Shown: one piece after another, positions 23,769 through 34,050 of the stretch
How the letters are laid out: every line of letters starts with the position of its first letter
Numbering within the stretch: position 1 is the stretch's first letter
NCBI GenBank assembly: GCA_000004985.1
Contig: GG738924.1
From: Naegleria gruberi
Lineage: Eukaryota
Length of the DNA stretch: 64,000 bases
Direction: 5' to 3' (one strand)
Program-made: the position numbers and the translations under genes
Notes under the pieces: model-generated
What the model was told of the DNA's origin: nothing
What the model saw: only the letters and a program-made list of their open reading frames with translations
Databases searched by the model: none

Positions 23769-24404
23769 ATGAAACAACAACTTTTCACTATTCTCCTTCT
23801 TCTCATCTCCCTCCTCTCCTTCACATTAGCACACGACGGTCACAAATCATTGGTTTTCGATTGGGTCATGATGTCAAACGAATCTGTCACAACTGTCAGT
23901 GCTCTTGATTTACTCAACAATGAAGAAGCCATTGAAATTAGAGTTCCAAGAGTACCAATCGGTGGTGATAACTCCAAGAGAGCATTCCTTAAATTTTCAC
24001 AAATTGCCACTCAACCATACTTTTTGACTTTTGACACTTCCTCGCTCAATACCAGTTGTCTAATTGTCAAGAGTAGAATTGGCGCCAAACCAAGAACTGA
24101 TCGACCAAGCACTTCCTACAAATATCCAACTGAACTCACTCAATTTGACATTTTGGATGGTGGTTGCGATTTCTATATCGAGTTTCGTCCAGATTTTTAT
24201 AATCCTTCAACTGAAAATGCTTCATGTATTGCTAAATTTGAGATTATTCAATCATTGTGTGAAAATAGTGCATGTAAAAGTCAAAATGGAACATGTGCTG
24301 ATGAATTGGCATATGAAGCTAGAATGAATGACATGTCAGTAATCAAGACATCATGGGTTTTGATTTGTTTGTTATTTGCACTGGTTGCAATTATTTTTAA
24401 TTAA
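23769..24404 (+). CDS. Hypothetical secreted Cys-rich protein with a C-terminal hydrophobic anchor (GPI or TM)
   Basis: N-terminal signal peptide MKQQLFTILLLLISLLSFTLA, paired Cys residues, and a C-terminal hydrophobic tail WVLICLLFALVAIIFN. Confidence 0.45.
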   Translation: MKQQLFTILLLLISLLSFTLAHDGHKSLVFDWVMMSNESVTTVSALDLLNNEEAIEIRVPRVPIGGDNSKRAFLKFSQIATQPYFLTFDTSSLNTSCLIVKSRIGAKPRTDRPSTSYKYPTELTQFDILDGGCDFYIEFRPDFYNPSTENASCIAKFEIIQSLCENSACKSQNGTCADELAYEARMNDMSVIKTSWVLICLLFALVAIIFN

Positions 24405-24479
24405 AAAGTGGAATTTTTTTGATTATTATTTTTTAATATTCAGCGGAGTGTCACCTGCCAAAAACTCCCATCAAAAAAA

Positions 24480-25544
24480 ATGACAAGACACATTGTTTGT
24501 TGTCTCTTAATTTTGACATTGTCATCATTTATTCTGTGTGGTAAACCTTCCCTACCAACAAGTGTCACTGATTCTCTTCAACCATGTTCACATTCTTCCA
24601 AAAATGGTGATTTCTGCACTTTACCACTTTTATCAGCAAATCCAACACAAATTCCAGTTGGTTTGGGTGAAATTTACTGTAAAATTCAAAAATTAGAAAA
24701 TGAATATTCCTCCGAAAAGAAATTAATTGAAAAATATTTATATAAAAATCCAGTGCCAGTTGTCAAGGGACCTTTGACAGATGGCAGTGGATTGGGATTA
24801 TATGTGGTAGATCATCATCATTTGATTGTTTCCATGTATTCAGCTAGTTTTGATAAGACTGATTTTCCAACTTTTCATTCTGCCAAAAATAGATATGTCA
24901 TTGCTCAAGTTGTCAATGACGTTTCTAATAATTTTACATCTGCTAATGAAGCTTTTTGGAATAGTATGTTTGGTAAGGGATATGCCTATCCAAAGGATGA
25001 ATATGGTAAAAATTTGACAACTGGCATGTTTATTCAACAATTGCCACGTGACATTTTGTCAATGAGAAATGATCCTTACAGAGCTCTCTCATATTATGAC
25101 AGATCTTATGGTGGATATGGAAAAACTGACACTTCCATCTATTTTGTTGATTTTGTTTGGGGAAATTTCTTGAGAGAATTTGGTGGACCTGACATGTCAG
25201 CTCATTTACAACCATTTATTGGAATTCAAGTTAAAAATGCACCTGTCACCAAGTCATCAGTCACTCCAAGTGGTGCCAAGACCAATTCCTATACCATGAA
25301 GGAAGAATTCAAAGTTCAAAAGTCATTAATTGGAGCTGCAGTTGCAATCTCAAAATCTTCAGCTGCCAAAGGATTGCCAGGTTACATGCAAGGAACAGTT
25401 GATCCTCCATATTGTTTGGCAAGTTATCAAGTTGTTTCTTCATCAACAACTAGTGGTGGTAGTAGTACTGGAGATGCAAGTGAGAAGAAGAAGAAGATTA
25501 TTTTATTGTCTGATAATTTGGAAGATGAGGAATATGATGAATAA
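24480..25544 (+). CDS. Hypothetical secreted protein
   Basis: Signal peptide MTRHIVCCLLILTLSSFILCG, 354 aa, and an acidic C-terminal tail (LEDEEYDE). No confident domain call. Confidence 0.45.
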   Translation: MTRHIVCCLLILTLSSFILCGKPSLPTSVTDSLQPCSHSSKNGDFCTLPLLSANPTQIPVGLGEIYCKIQKLENEYSSEKKLIEKYLYKNPVPVVKGPLTDGSGLGLYVVDHHHLIVSMYSASFDKTDFPTFHSAKNRYVIAQVVNDVSNNFTSANEAFWNSMFGKGYAYPKDEYGKNLTTGMFIQQLPRDILSMRNDPYRALSYYDRSYGGYGKTDTSIYFVDFVWGNFLREFGGPDMSAHLQPFIGIQVKNAPVTKSSVTPSGAKTNSYTMKEEFKVQKSLIGAAVAISKSSAAKGLPGYMQGTVDPPYCLASYQVVSSSTTSGGSSTGDASEKKKKIILLSDNLEDEEYDE

Positions 25545-25647
25545 ATTTTTTGATTCTGAGTTATTTGAAAACAAGAATATGAATTCATATGAATTATGAA
25601 TTGGAATTGTTTGGTATTTAAATTGGAATTAAGGTTAAGGTTGTTAA

Positions 25648-27162
25648 CTAGTTAAATTCTTGATAATCAAAATTCAACTTGGAAAATGTGGGATTTTTAA
25701 AGAAAGCTTCTTCACCTTCTTCAGAGGTAACTTGTCGCATTCCATACCATTGAAACAATCTCAAATTGATTAGAGTTTTACAATTCAAAATAAGTTCTGT
25801 AGTCAATAGTTCTTCAGTATTCCTAAAGTCAGTTGGATAAGAATGTAATTCCTCCAATTTAGTAAAATTTGGACTTGTGAATAGTATTTCAAATATCTCA
25901 TCCCAGCATGAAATGTCTAATCGTTTCAAATTGGATAAATTTGGTGAACTTATTAGGTCAATTAAGGCATTGCTTGATTTCTTCTCTATTGAAGGTATTA
26001 TGATTGTTAGTTTTAAAAGATTTGTGCAATAATTGGCCAATGAAGGAAATGATGCAATATTGGAAAAATTCAAATCTGTGAGTGATGATCTCGTGTGAAT
26101 ATCTGTAGGTAGTTCAATAATTGAATTGTCTGTGCTTGAACAGCTTGCATGAAGAGTGGCAAGTTTAGGCAAATTTGGAGAAACTAACAAATCACCTAAT
26201 TCCCTATTAGAAATAGAGCAGTGAGCAATATCTAGGAAAGTAAGATTCATAAAGCTGCCATCTGTCAGTAATTTTGGATAATTTGTCAGATTGAAACGTC
26301 TAATTTCCAAACGTTCCAAATCATTCTTATCTTTCAAACACAAATCAAGTCCATAATTTCCAGTTTCCATTTTGAGTGATTTCAAATTTAAATGTGAAAG
26401 ATTCTTTAAATATTTTGAATTTGAAAGAATTTCAATAAATTCTTTTGACATTTCATGTTGAATCTCCAATTTCTTGATATTTGACAGTAATGAACTGCTA
26501 TGAAACAGTTCCTTTGCCTCAATTTCTGTAAAATTACTAGCATTATTCAACTTGAGTTCTGTTAAATTTGGCATTTGACATTTCGCCAAATATTTAACAG
26601 CTGTTTTCCCCAACCGTGAGTAATTCAAATCCAAAGTTTTCAAATTCTGCAATTTTTTACAACTAGAAAGTGATTTAAACATGTCAGAAGTTGGATGTTG
26701 CATTCTCAATGATGTTACATTTGTAATTAGTGAACTCTTTACCAATTGACCAATCATTGTTTTTGACTTGTCAACTTTTACAGTGAAATTTACTCGATTT
26801 AGAGTTTGTTTCCATGATTTACAAACTAATTGACAGCAATGAACAAGGTTTTTCAAATCTAAAAATTGGTAAATATGAAACAAGTTATCCGAATTTAATT
26901 GTTCGGACGAAACCTTTCGTCTATGAATATCGACTTGTTTTAAAAATTCGTGTATATTTTCAATAAATTCATCGATCATACCGCTGTTGTTCACAAAGTA
27001 ACGATTATCAACCAATTTAACTTTGCTTGCCAATGAAATTAATTGACTATTGACAGATGTCATCTCATCAAACAGAACCGACTCGATATCAGTCACCATT
27101 TTCTCATCACCATCTTGATCGATATTTTGTGATGTTTCGTGTTTTCTCTTCTTGTTTGTCAT
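25648..27162 (-). CDS. F-box / leucine-rich-repeat protein
   Basis: F-box motif LFHIYQFLDLKNLVHCCQLVCKSWKQTL, followed by about 12 LRR units (LxxLxLxxC/N...). ATG start. Confidence 0.75.
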   Translation of the reverse strand: MTNKKRKHETSQNIDQDGDEKMVTDIESVLFDEMTSVNSQLISLASKVKLVDNRYFVNNSGMIDEFIENIHEFLKQVDIHRRKVSSEQLNSDNLFHIYQFLDLKNLVHCCQLVCKSWKQTLNRVNFTVKVDKSKTMIGQLVKSSLITNVTSLRMQHPTSDMFKSLSSCKKLQNLKTLDLNYSRLGKTAVKYLAKCQMPNLTELKLNNASNFTEIEAKELFHSSSLLSNIKKLEIQHEMSKEFIEILSNSKYLKNLSHLNLKSLKMETGNYGLDLCLKDKNDLERLEIRRFNLTNYPKLLTDGSFMNLTFLDIAHCSISNRELGDLLVSPNLPKLATLHASCSSTDNSIIELPTDIHTRSSLTDLNFSNIASFPSLANYCTNLLKLTIIIPSIEKKSSNALIDLISSPNLSNLKRLDISCWDEIFEILFTSPNFTKLEELHSYPTDFRNTEELLTTELILNCKTLINLRLFQWYGMRQVTSEEGEEAFFKNPTFSKLNFDYQEFN

Positions 27163-27269
27163 TTTTTTTTAAATTGTAAATATTTTTTCAAGTTTTTACA
27201 ATTTTATTTAAATATTTAACAAAAGAAATGCACTAAATTACAAAAGCACAAAAGTAGAGATGCATAAAT

Positions 27270-30200
27270 TTACAAATCTTCATCATCTTCCTCATCGTCA
27301 TCATCAAATTCTTCATCACTGGCATCATTATCAGTTGTTCCAGTCATTGTAAAGTTTTCCATATCCGCATCGAACAATGTTAACATGGCATCTTCTTCCT
27401 CCAAGATTGCCTCTGGTGAAATAAATGATTGTCCAAAGCTGGCTGTACTGTTTTGTCTGGAAAGCATCTTACTGGTATCATCAGAACATGAAGAAATTGT
27501 GCTGGAAAGTGGAGAAGTTGGTGGTAAATCGGTTCCCAATTGTTGTTTCTCCAATTGTTGTTGCTTTTCCAATTGTTTTTTGAGTTTCTTTTCCTTCTTT
27601 TTCTTTTCTCTCTTGTGTTTCTTGATGGTTGCTGCAAGACTCTTGTTTCTGATATTTCTACCCATTTTCAAGTCATTGTAGAGAGTTGCTGACATGTCGA
27701 CTCTTTCGGCAGCTTCCTTGCCCATGCAGGAAATGACATGTTTCCAAACAGGATCTTCTTCTGGAATAACTGGAATGCTGTTAATGTTCTTTCGAATATA
27801 ATCATTGAAACCTTTCATCATACCCTTGGCACGATCCATTCTCAACAAGTTGATGGCAAATCTGGCATTTCCACCAACATCCAACAAGTGAATTTGAGTA
27901 ATATTAGTTCTATAAGAGTCAAGTTTCTTAATGGAATAGTATTGGAAATCTCTGATATCAATGAGCTTCTTTCCTTCATTGACGCCCTTGCCATCCATGT
28001 AAAATCTTTCGTGTTCGCATGGTTTGTAGAGGAGTGTTAATTTTTCTTCATTCTTATCATAGTAAGCTGTACAAACACTCAAGAAACTTCTCTTTGTTGT
28101 GAATGGGAATGGGAAACCAACTCCGTATCTGATAACACCACATGACCTAGGACCTCTCTTGAATTTCTCATTTGGATACATCTTTTTCAAAGTTTCAAAA
28201 TCATAGAATGATAATTCTTCACAGGAGGTAATATTTGGATCGTATTTGTGAACTTGCAATCCTGGCATGCAACATTTCTTGACAGCGTCAAAAGGAAATG
28301 GTAAAATACCTGTCCACTTGTTAATTTGCATTTTCTGATAGAATCCAACGTTAGGGAAGAGTACCTTTTCTGATAATTTATATACATTGATAGCTCCTTC
28401 CTTCTTGGATCCCAATAATTTCCATTGATAATCATCTCTTGCCAAGTATTCCATAAATTCAATGTCCCTGTCAAAGACAAATGGTAATTTAAAGTCTTCA
28501 TCTCCGTATGGATAGTAAGTGGCTTCCTTGAGACGTCCAACTTTGGTCAAATAACTCAAACCTTTGTGTTGTAATTTCTTAAACCACACATCACTTCTCA
28601 CAAACCTAGGGAAACTGTCATTTTCCAATTCATACATGACAGAATTCTTCATTGTACGGAACAACAAGTGTGGAGGTTGTGGCAACAACCATTCATCAAA
28701 TTCCTGATATTGTTTTGATTCTTGGAAGAGTCCAACAAAGGTACGTTTGTCACGAGAGGAAATGTTAATTTCCTTCTTTGAATCTTCCTCAATAAAATCT
28801 TTCATAATTTGAATTGCTAACATGATTTGCTTTCTGTAAACTTTGAGAACTTGATCATATTTGGAACGTGGAGTATTTGGTGGAAGTGTAAGGAATGCGT
28901 GTTGGAGAGATCTTGGTCTATCTCCAGATGTTCTTGATGAGCTACCTGAAATATCAGAACGTTCAGAAGTTGGATCATCCTCAGGTGATGCAACTCCATT
29001 CCTCAATTCTTCCTTCTTCTTTTCCTTCTTTTCAGTGAGAACTGTCAAGAGACTCTTCATGCCATTGTCTTCTTGTCCACTATTACTTGAAGCACCAACT
29101 GGGGTACTATCTTCACTTTCACCACTTTCACTCTTTTCAACGAGTCCCAAGTTTAATTTTGGTAATGCTCTTGGAGTTGGTGTGGTAAGAGAAATACCAG
29201 GTTCTCCTACAGTACCAGAAGTGCCATTTGTTGCATGTTCATTGGTGAAGTGTTCAGTTGTTTTGATTGTGACCACCTCAGCATCAGTTTCAGTTGCCTT
29301 TACAGTTGGCACATCCTTCAAAATCATGTCCATCAAGGTGGTTTCTTTCTTTTCAGATGGAGAGGTTGGATTTGAATGTGGAGTATTGACATTACTATTT
29401 GTATTGCTATTTGGATTGCTTGCAGTTGCATTTTGATCCTTCTTCTTTTTCAAAATGGAAAGTCTCAAACTAAATCTATTAGACTTTTCAGATTCGTCAT
29501 CTTCTGCATCATTGGTAGTTGGAGTACTATTAGTTTGTGGTGTATTTGCTTTAGTTTCATCCACCTTTGGCTTTTTACCCAATCCAAAGAATGATAATTG
29601 TTTCTTGGCTGCTTTTCTTGGTGTAGTTGGTTCAGATTCAGATTTGGATGGTGATTTAGTCTTATCATTTTGAGTCATCATGAGCATCATCTTTGGTAAA
29701 TCAGAGAATGGAGTTTTAAAATGTGAAAAAGTGGCTGATGAGCCAGATCCAGAATTTGACAAGGAAGATGCAGCAGAACCACCTTCAAGAGCCAAATTAG
29801 CATTAGCAGTTTGAATATCCTTGACCATTTTCATCATTTTGTAATAGGTAAATTCCAATTCATTCACTCGAGTAATAAATTCCAAAGGTTCTGTATTGTG
29901 TTCAGTTTCCAAATATCTGTAAAAGGCACGAAACATGGTTCTATCTGTGAAAATTCCCTGGAATGAGAATAAATAATCTTCCAAATTGGTTTCAACGAAT
30001 AATTGTTGTTGAGATGGCAACTTGCCAGTTTTTGAAATGTGTGAAGAGGAGGCAACAGTTGACAATCCTCTCTCTGCAGAACCTGATGATTTCTTAGTTG
30101 GCAGTGAAAAGATCATTGGTGTTTCCTTATATCTCTTTTCATCTGCATCTATTTTAGTTTCAATGGTTGGTGTAGCTTGACCATCTTCACTACCATTTTG

Positions 30201-30572
30201 TGCTCCTGCTGATGTTGTTGTCGATGATGATGTTGAATTGTTTTTATCATGTGAAGAATTGGTTCTGAAACGATTGAAAAGTTTGGAAGCAAATGAAGAT
30301 GTGTGAGTTTTCTGAGTTGGAGTGGATGTAGTAGTATTTGGAGTTGAGGAGGTTTTGGTATTGCTATTCTTTCCATTAGATGTAGATGTGGTGATGGTGT
30401 TATTATTGGAAGTAGATGTGGAAATGTTGGTATGTTCGTCTTCATCATCCTCTTCTTCCTCTTCGACTGCTCCCAGGGCTTCTATATTCACTCCATATAA
30501 TGTATTATTATTATTATTATTAGCAGTATTATTATTATCATTATTATTGGTTGGATGTGGTGGAGGTTTCAT
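27270..30572 (-). CDS. RGS-domain protein with a C-terminal START-like domain. It is a paralog of the 13958 and 49755 genes and has long low-complexity linkers.
   Basis: RGS N-terminal half FSFQGIFTDRTMFRAFYRYLETEHNTEPLEFITRVNELE and C-terminal half DSFPRFVRSDVWFKKL. The START-like C-terminus is TKRSFLSVC...LYKPCEHERF...ITQIHLLDVGG...FAINLL. Single 1100-aa ORF. The S/T/N-rich and acidic tracts are typical of this genome. Confidence 0.6.
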   Translation of the reverse strand: MKPPPHPTNNNDNNNTANNNNNNTLYGVNIEALGAVEEEEEDDEDEHTNISTSTSNNNTITTSTSNGKNSNTKTSSTPNTTTSTPTQKTHTSSFASKLFNRFRTNSSHDKNNSTSSSTTTSAGAQNGSEDGQATPTIETKIDADEKRYKETPMIFSLPTKKSSGSAERGLSTVASSSHISKTGKLPSQQQLFVETNLEDYLFSFQGIFTDRTMFRAFYRYLETEHNTEPLEFITRVNELEFTYYKMMKMVKDIQTANANLALEGGSAASSLSNSGSGSSATFSHFKTPFSDLPKMMLMMTQNDKTKSPSKSESEPTTPRKAAKKQLSFFGLGKKPKVDETKANTPQTNSTPTTNDAEDDESEKSNRFSLRLSILKKKKDQNATASNPNSNTNSNVNTPHSNPTSPSEKKETTLMDMILKDVPTVKATETDAEVVTIKTTEHFTNEHATNGTSGTVGEPGISLTTPTPRALPKLNLGLVEKSESGESEDSTPVGASSNSGQEDNGMKSLLTVLTEKKEKKKEELRNGVASPEDDPTSERSDISGSSSRTSGDRPRSLQHAFLTLPPNTPRSKYDQVLKVYRKQIMLAIQIMKDFIEEDSKKEINISSRDKRTFVGLFQESKQYQEFDEWLLPQPPHLLFRTMKNSVMYELENDSFPRFVRSDVWFKKLQHKGLSYLTKVGRLKEATYYPYGDEDFKLPFVFDRDIEFMEYLARDDYQWKLLGSKKEGAINVYKLSEKVLFPNVGFYQKMQINKWTGILPFPFDAVKKCCMPGLQVHKYDPNITSCEELSFYDFETLKKMYPNEKFKRGPRSCGVIRYGVGFPFPFTTKRSFLSVCTAYYDKNEEKLTLLYKPCEHERFYMDGKGVNEGKKLIDIRDFQYYSIKKLDSYRTNITQIHLLDVGGNARFAINLLRMDRAKGMMKGFNDYIRKNINSIPVIPEEDPVWKHVISCMGKEAAERVDMSATLYNDLKMGRNIRNKSLAATIKKHKREKKKKEKKLKKQLEKQQQLEKQQLGTDLPPTSPLSSTISSCSDDTSKMLSRQNSTASFGQSFISPEAILEEEDAMLTLFDADMENFTMTGTTDNDASDEEFDDDDEEDDEDL

Positions 30573-31902
30573 TAGTTGTTGCTGTTGTTATTGTTTTATC
30601 ATCATTAATTGTATTATTATTAGTATTAATATTTTCATCATCATTAGTTGTGGTGGTGATGATGGAATTCTCTAGAATGGCTGTTGCTCCGGTCATTGTT
30701 CAATATATATTATATATTATTATTAATTATTTGAATATTATTATGAAAATCTTCTTCTTCTTCGCAAATATTCACACACAATGGAAGGTAATGTTTTCAA
30801 TATTTGGAGCGAAAAGGAATTTTAAATTTGGCCAATGATATATTTCAAGCTTGTTGGGAAATTATACTGTCGTCAAAATTACGGTGGAAGAAACTGTGCG
30901 TGATTTTGAGCAAGAATATGAAAATATCGAAGTGGTTACCAGTTGCTATCTTTTTCACTTCGTTTGTTCTTTTGAATTATCTACAGAATGTTGTGGAGGA
31001 AAAATTGCAAATGTTAAAGCTACTAATTGATGATTTTGTTTTTTGAATTGACAGTTGGCACCACCGATGAAAGAATGGATCGGATCCACAAGATTGTGTC
31101 AGGTTGATTCTTTTTTGTGTTGGTTTTCAACTTTCCTTGGAAGTAACTTATCCATTTTTCGTGATTAGTGTTAATATTAATTTGCGAATGATGAAGAAAA
31201 GCAATAAGAAATTAACGAAACTCGTCTTTAAAACTATTAGAAACCTACATTATTCGAAACTGTTTCTTCCAACCTTTGGGCTAACTAGCAAGATGTTTTG
31301 ACACTTTTTTAAATGGTTGGCTTGTGCTGAGCACAAAACTGACTGGGATTTTTTATTCTAAACTTGACCTTTTTGGAAGTTGTTGTACAATAGGGAATTT
31401 ACTTCTCATTGGTCAACTATCATTTTTCATGGTTTAGTTTAGGTTGACAAGACCACATCTGGTCCGTATGGATAAAAATTAGCAGTCAATACTGTAACTA
31501 TTTAACGTTTACAATTAGTTGAATGGTTTATTAACAGTTTCGAATAGAAAATTATAATTGACAAGGCTGCTTAAGGTGTTTACCATTGTGCCAGTAGCAC
31601 ACGGACGGTTCTTTGGTTTCGAGTTGAAAATTAACGACAATTTTATTACAATGGATCGTTTCGGCAAATTAAATAGCAACAACTTTCTCTTTAGAGAACT
31701 GTTCAATAATATTCTAAAGTGTCAAACATCCATAGAAACGTGATGAAAACTACTGTATTTCATAACATGAACATGGTCATCCATTATCCAGTAACCAATA
31801 ATTACAGAGATGGAAACAGATCTATTCGAAATGCATTATCCACATTCTAAATTAATAAACTTGACACTTTATTTCACTCAATAGAGAAATGATTACATCT
31901 CA

Positions 31903-32376
31903 TTACTTATTCAAGTTTCTTCTTGCAATATCAATTTGTTGCTTCTCAGATGGATTATTAAAAGTTCTCTTATCAAGACCAGCAACCACAGCATTATAAC
32001 CTTCACCAGAATTTCTCATTTCTCTCATAACATTGGTGGTGGCAGAACTAGATTGTTCATGATGCATCTTTCCAAGAGCATTTCCAATGGAACCTCCTTT
32101 CTGATTTACTGATGCTTGAGTGTAGTTATCAGTGGCAAGATTTCTCTCCATTTGAGAATGAGATGGATTGTTGGAGCTGTACATAATGTTGGAAGAACTG
32201 TGAGCAAAACTCATGACATCGTTTTGGACATTGGAATAACTGGTGTTATTGTAGGCATCACTGAGGATTGAGTTTGGAATTTTGTGAGTGGATTGTTGAT
32301 CTGATCTTGTTGGATTGTTCTTGAGGTTGGAAGATCTATTCTCAGTAGCAGATTGTTGTCTAAATTGTTGAGACAT
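31903..32376 (-). CDS. Hypothetical N/S/Q-rich protein
   Basis: 157-aa ORF of low-complexity composition with no domain. It may be an exon of a larger gene. Confidence 0.25.
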   Translation of the reverse strand: MSQQFRQQSATENRSSNLKNNPTRSDQQSTHKIPNSILSDAYNNTSYSNVQNDVMSFAHSSSNIMYSSNNPSHSQMERNLATDNYTQASVNQKGGSIGNALGKMHHEQSSSATTNVMREMRNSGEGYNAVVAGLDKRTFNNPSEKQQIDIARRNLNK

Positions 32377-33123
32377 TTTTTTGATGAATGGGAAACTAGT
32401 TTGATTTGGGTATCCAATAGAAATATGCCTTTTAGAATTCCTTTCGTCTCTATTTTTAGAACAGAATTCTAAACGTGTTTTATTTAGGTCACCACTAAGA
32501 GAAATTGGTGAAGTTTAAAGGGCCATCTACAGTTTTTAATCTTAATAAAATATCAACTCAATCCTTTTGATTATCAATCACAAATTGAATTCATTTACAA
32601 CGAAATTAAAAGATGAAGAGACTCCCTTCCTGATTTTCTTTTTCATCAATTTGAAGATTGAAACTTGGTATGCATTCTCTCTTGTGGTTCTTGTGGTTAA
32701 CAGTATATATTACCAAATGAAACAGTGTCAATTTACCAGAGAAAGGTTTCCCACTATTGACTTGACAGTGTAAATTGATGAAAACAATTATAATGATGAT
32801 TGTTGGTTGATGCAGTTACCAACCTGAAAATCAGCAGGAGCGCTTATATTCATGTCCAAACTCAATTCAGATATGAAGCAACAATTTTAATAATTGATTT
32901 TTGGATTGAAAGTTTGCATTGTTATATTTATTGGTAATACATATCATGGGCTCGCAAATTATCCATGATTAAATTGTTGCGCTACTAATGGTTATTGTTG
33001 GTACTATTTACAAAGGAAAGAATTACATGAATTCTATTAGAAAGTGAGAGTGAAACATTGTTCTCTCTCTGAATTCAGCTTATATTTACAATGAATATTA
33101 AAAGCTATCTGAAAGCACACACT

Positions 33124-33303
33124 TTAGAAAACCAATCCAAAGATGGCAAAGACAGCAACCAACAACAAGGCAACGAAACCATTATCAGCAGCACCAGCAT
33201 AAACCTCAGATTCGTAATATTGAGCGTTAATTGGAGTGGCGAAGAAGAACATGATACAAGCCAAGAGCATCATGACAATCATAGTTTGTTGGGAGGCAGA
33301 CAT
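33124..33303 (-). CDS. Small 59-aa two-TM membrane protein (hypothetical; below the ORF-track size cutoff)
   Basis: ATG...TAA ORF read from the minus strand: MSASQQTMIVMMLLACIMFFFATPINAQYYESEVYAGAADNGFVALLLVAVFAIFGLVF. It has two hydrophobic helices. A TATA-like and CCAAT-like region lies about 200 bp upstream, at 33460-33545. Confidence 0.3.
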   Translation of the reverse strand: MSASQQTMIVMMLLACIMFFFATPINAQYYESEVYAGAADNGFVALLLVAVFAIFGLVF

Positions 33304-33454
33304 TTTTGTATATTTGAGTTTTGAGTTGTTTTTTTTTTGTTGTTTTGAGATTCTGTTGAGTCACGGCGCGTTTTAAATTGAATTTTTGCGTTTGCCGTAG
33401 CGATCTTCTCAATAAGGTAGGCGAATTAGCGATAAAGAAAAACCCTTACTGTTT

Positions 33455-33545
33455 AGTGAATATTGTAAAGCGGTCAACCAATCAGAAGTGACCTTAGTGC
33501 GCATCTTGGTATATAAAAGTATGACGCGATATATAAATGGTAAAG
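33455..33545. promoter_or_regulatory. Candidate Pol II promoter region with CCAAT-like and TATA-like boxes (ggtcaaccaatcag...ggtatataaaagt...gatatataaatgg)
   Basis: Sequence motifs only. It lies between the minus-strand small ORF (ATG at 33303) and the plus-strand cyclase gene (ATG at 34051) and could serve either. Confidence 0.2.
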
Positions 33546-34050
33546 TGAGGCTGTAAAAAGCAATACTCAATCACGATATCATAGAATCATAATTGTCATT
33601 TTAAGACCTTGCTTGGATTGACTATTAGAAATGCTTTAACTTGATAAGTCCCTCGAGTTCTGTTATTATATATCATGAAATTTGTCTGTTCGTGAATAGA
33701 AGTTTACTTGTTCATTATCAGTTTCTCGGTTCCTTTTATCAGAATCGAATAAAAACTGTAGTTGCTTCTAGTAATTCGAGAGCTGTTAGCTGATCAATTC
33801 TTGGTTTTTTGTATTACAATAAAAAAGATTTCAGATATTTATCTTCATTAATGCCACCAATCAAATTCCTATCATTTCGTGATGTGAAAAAAAGGATTGT
33901 ACCTAAACTAATCTTTTAGGACCCTTTTATGAGGCTTTGAACCTCTTGTAAAGTAATGGGATAGTGGGAATTTATTTTTTACGTTTCTTGCTATTCGAAA
34001 ACAACTGCTCCATTCGAAACTGCTGAAAAAATATTTTGTAGTGCTAATTG

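Noticed and set aside
24480-25544. Possible ParB/sulfiredoxin-like motif (YVVDHHHL) in a secreted hypothetical protein
   Set aside because: The resemblance is limited to a short His-rich stretch. That is too weak to support a domain call without a profile search.
28861-29436. 191-aa plus-strand ORF inside the 27270..30572 RGS gene
   Set aside because: Antisense low-complexity reading of S/T/N-rich linker coding sequence.
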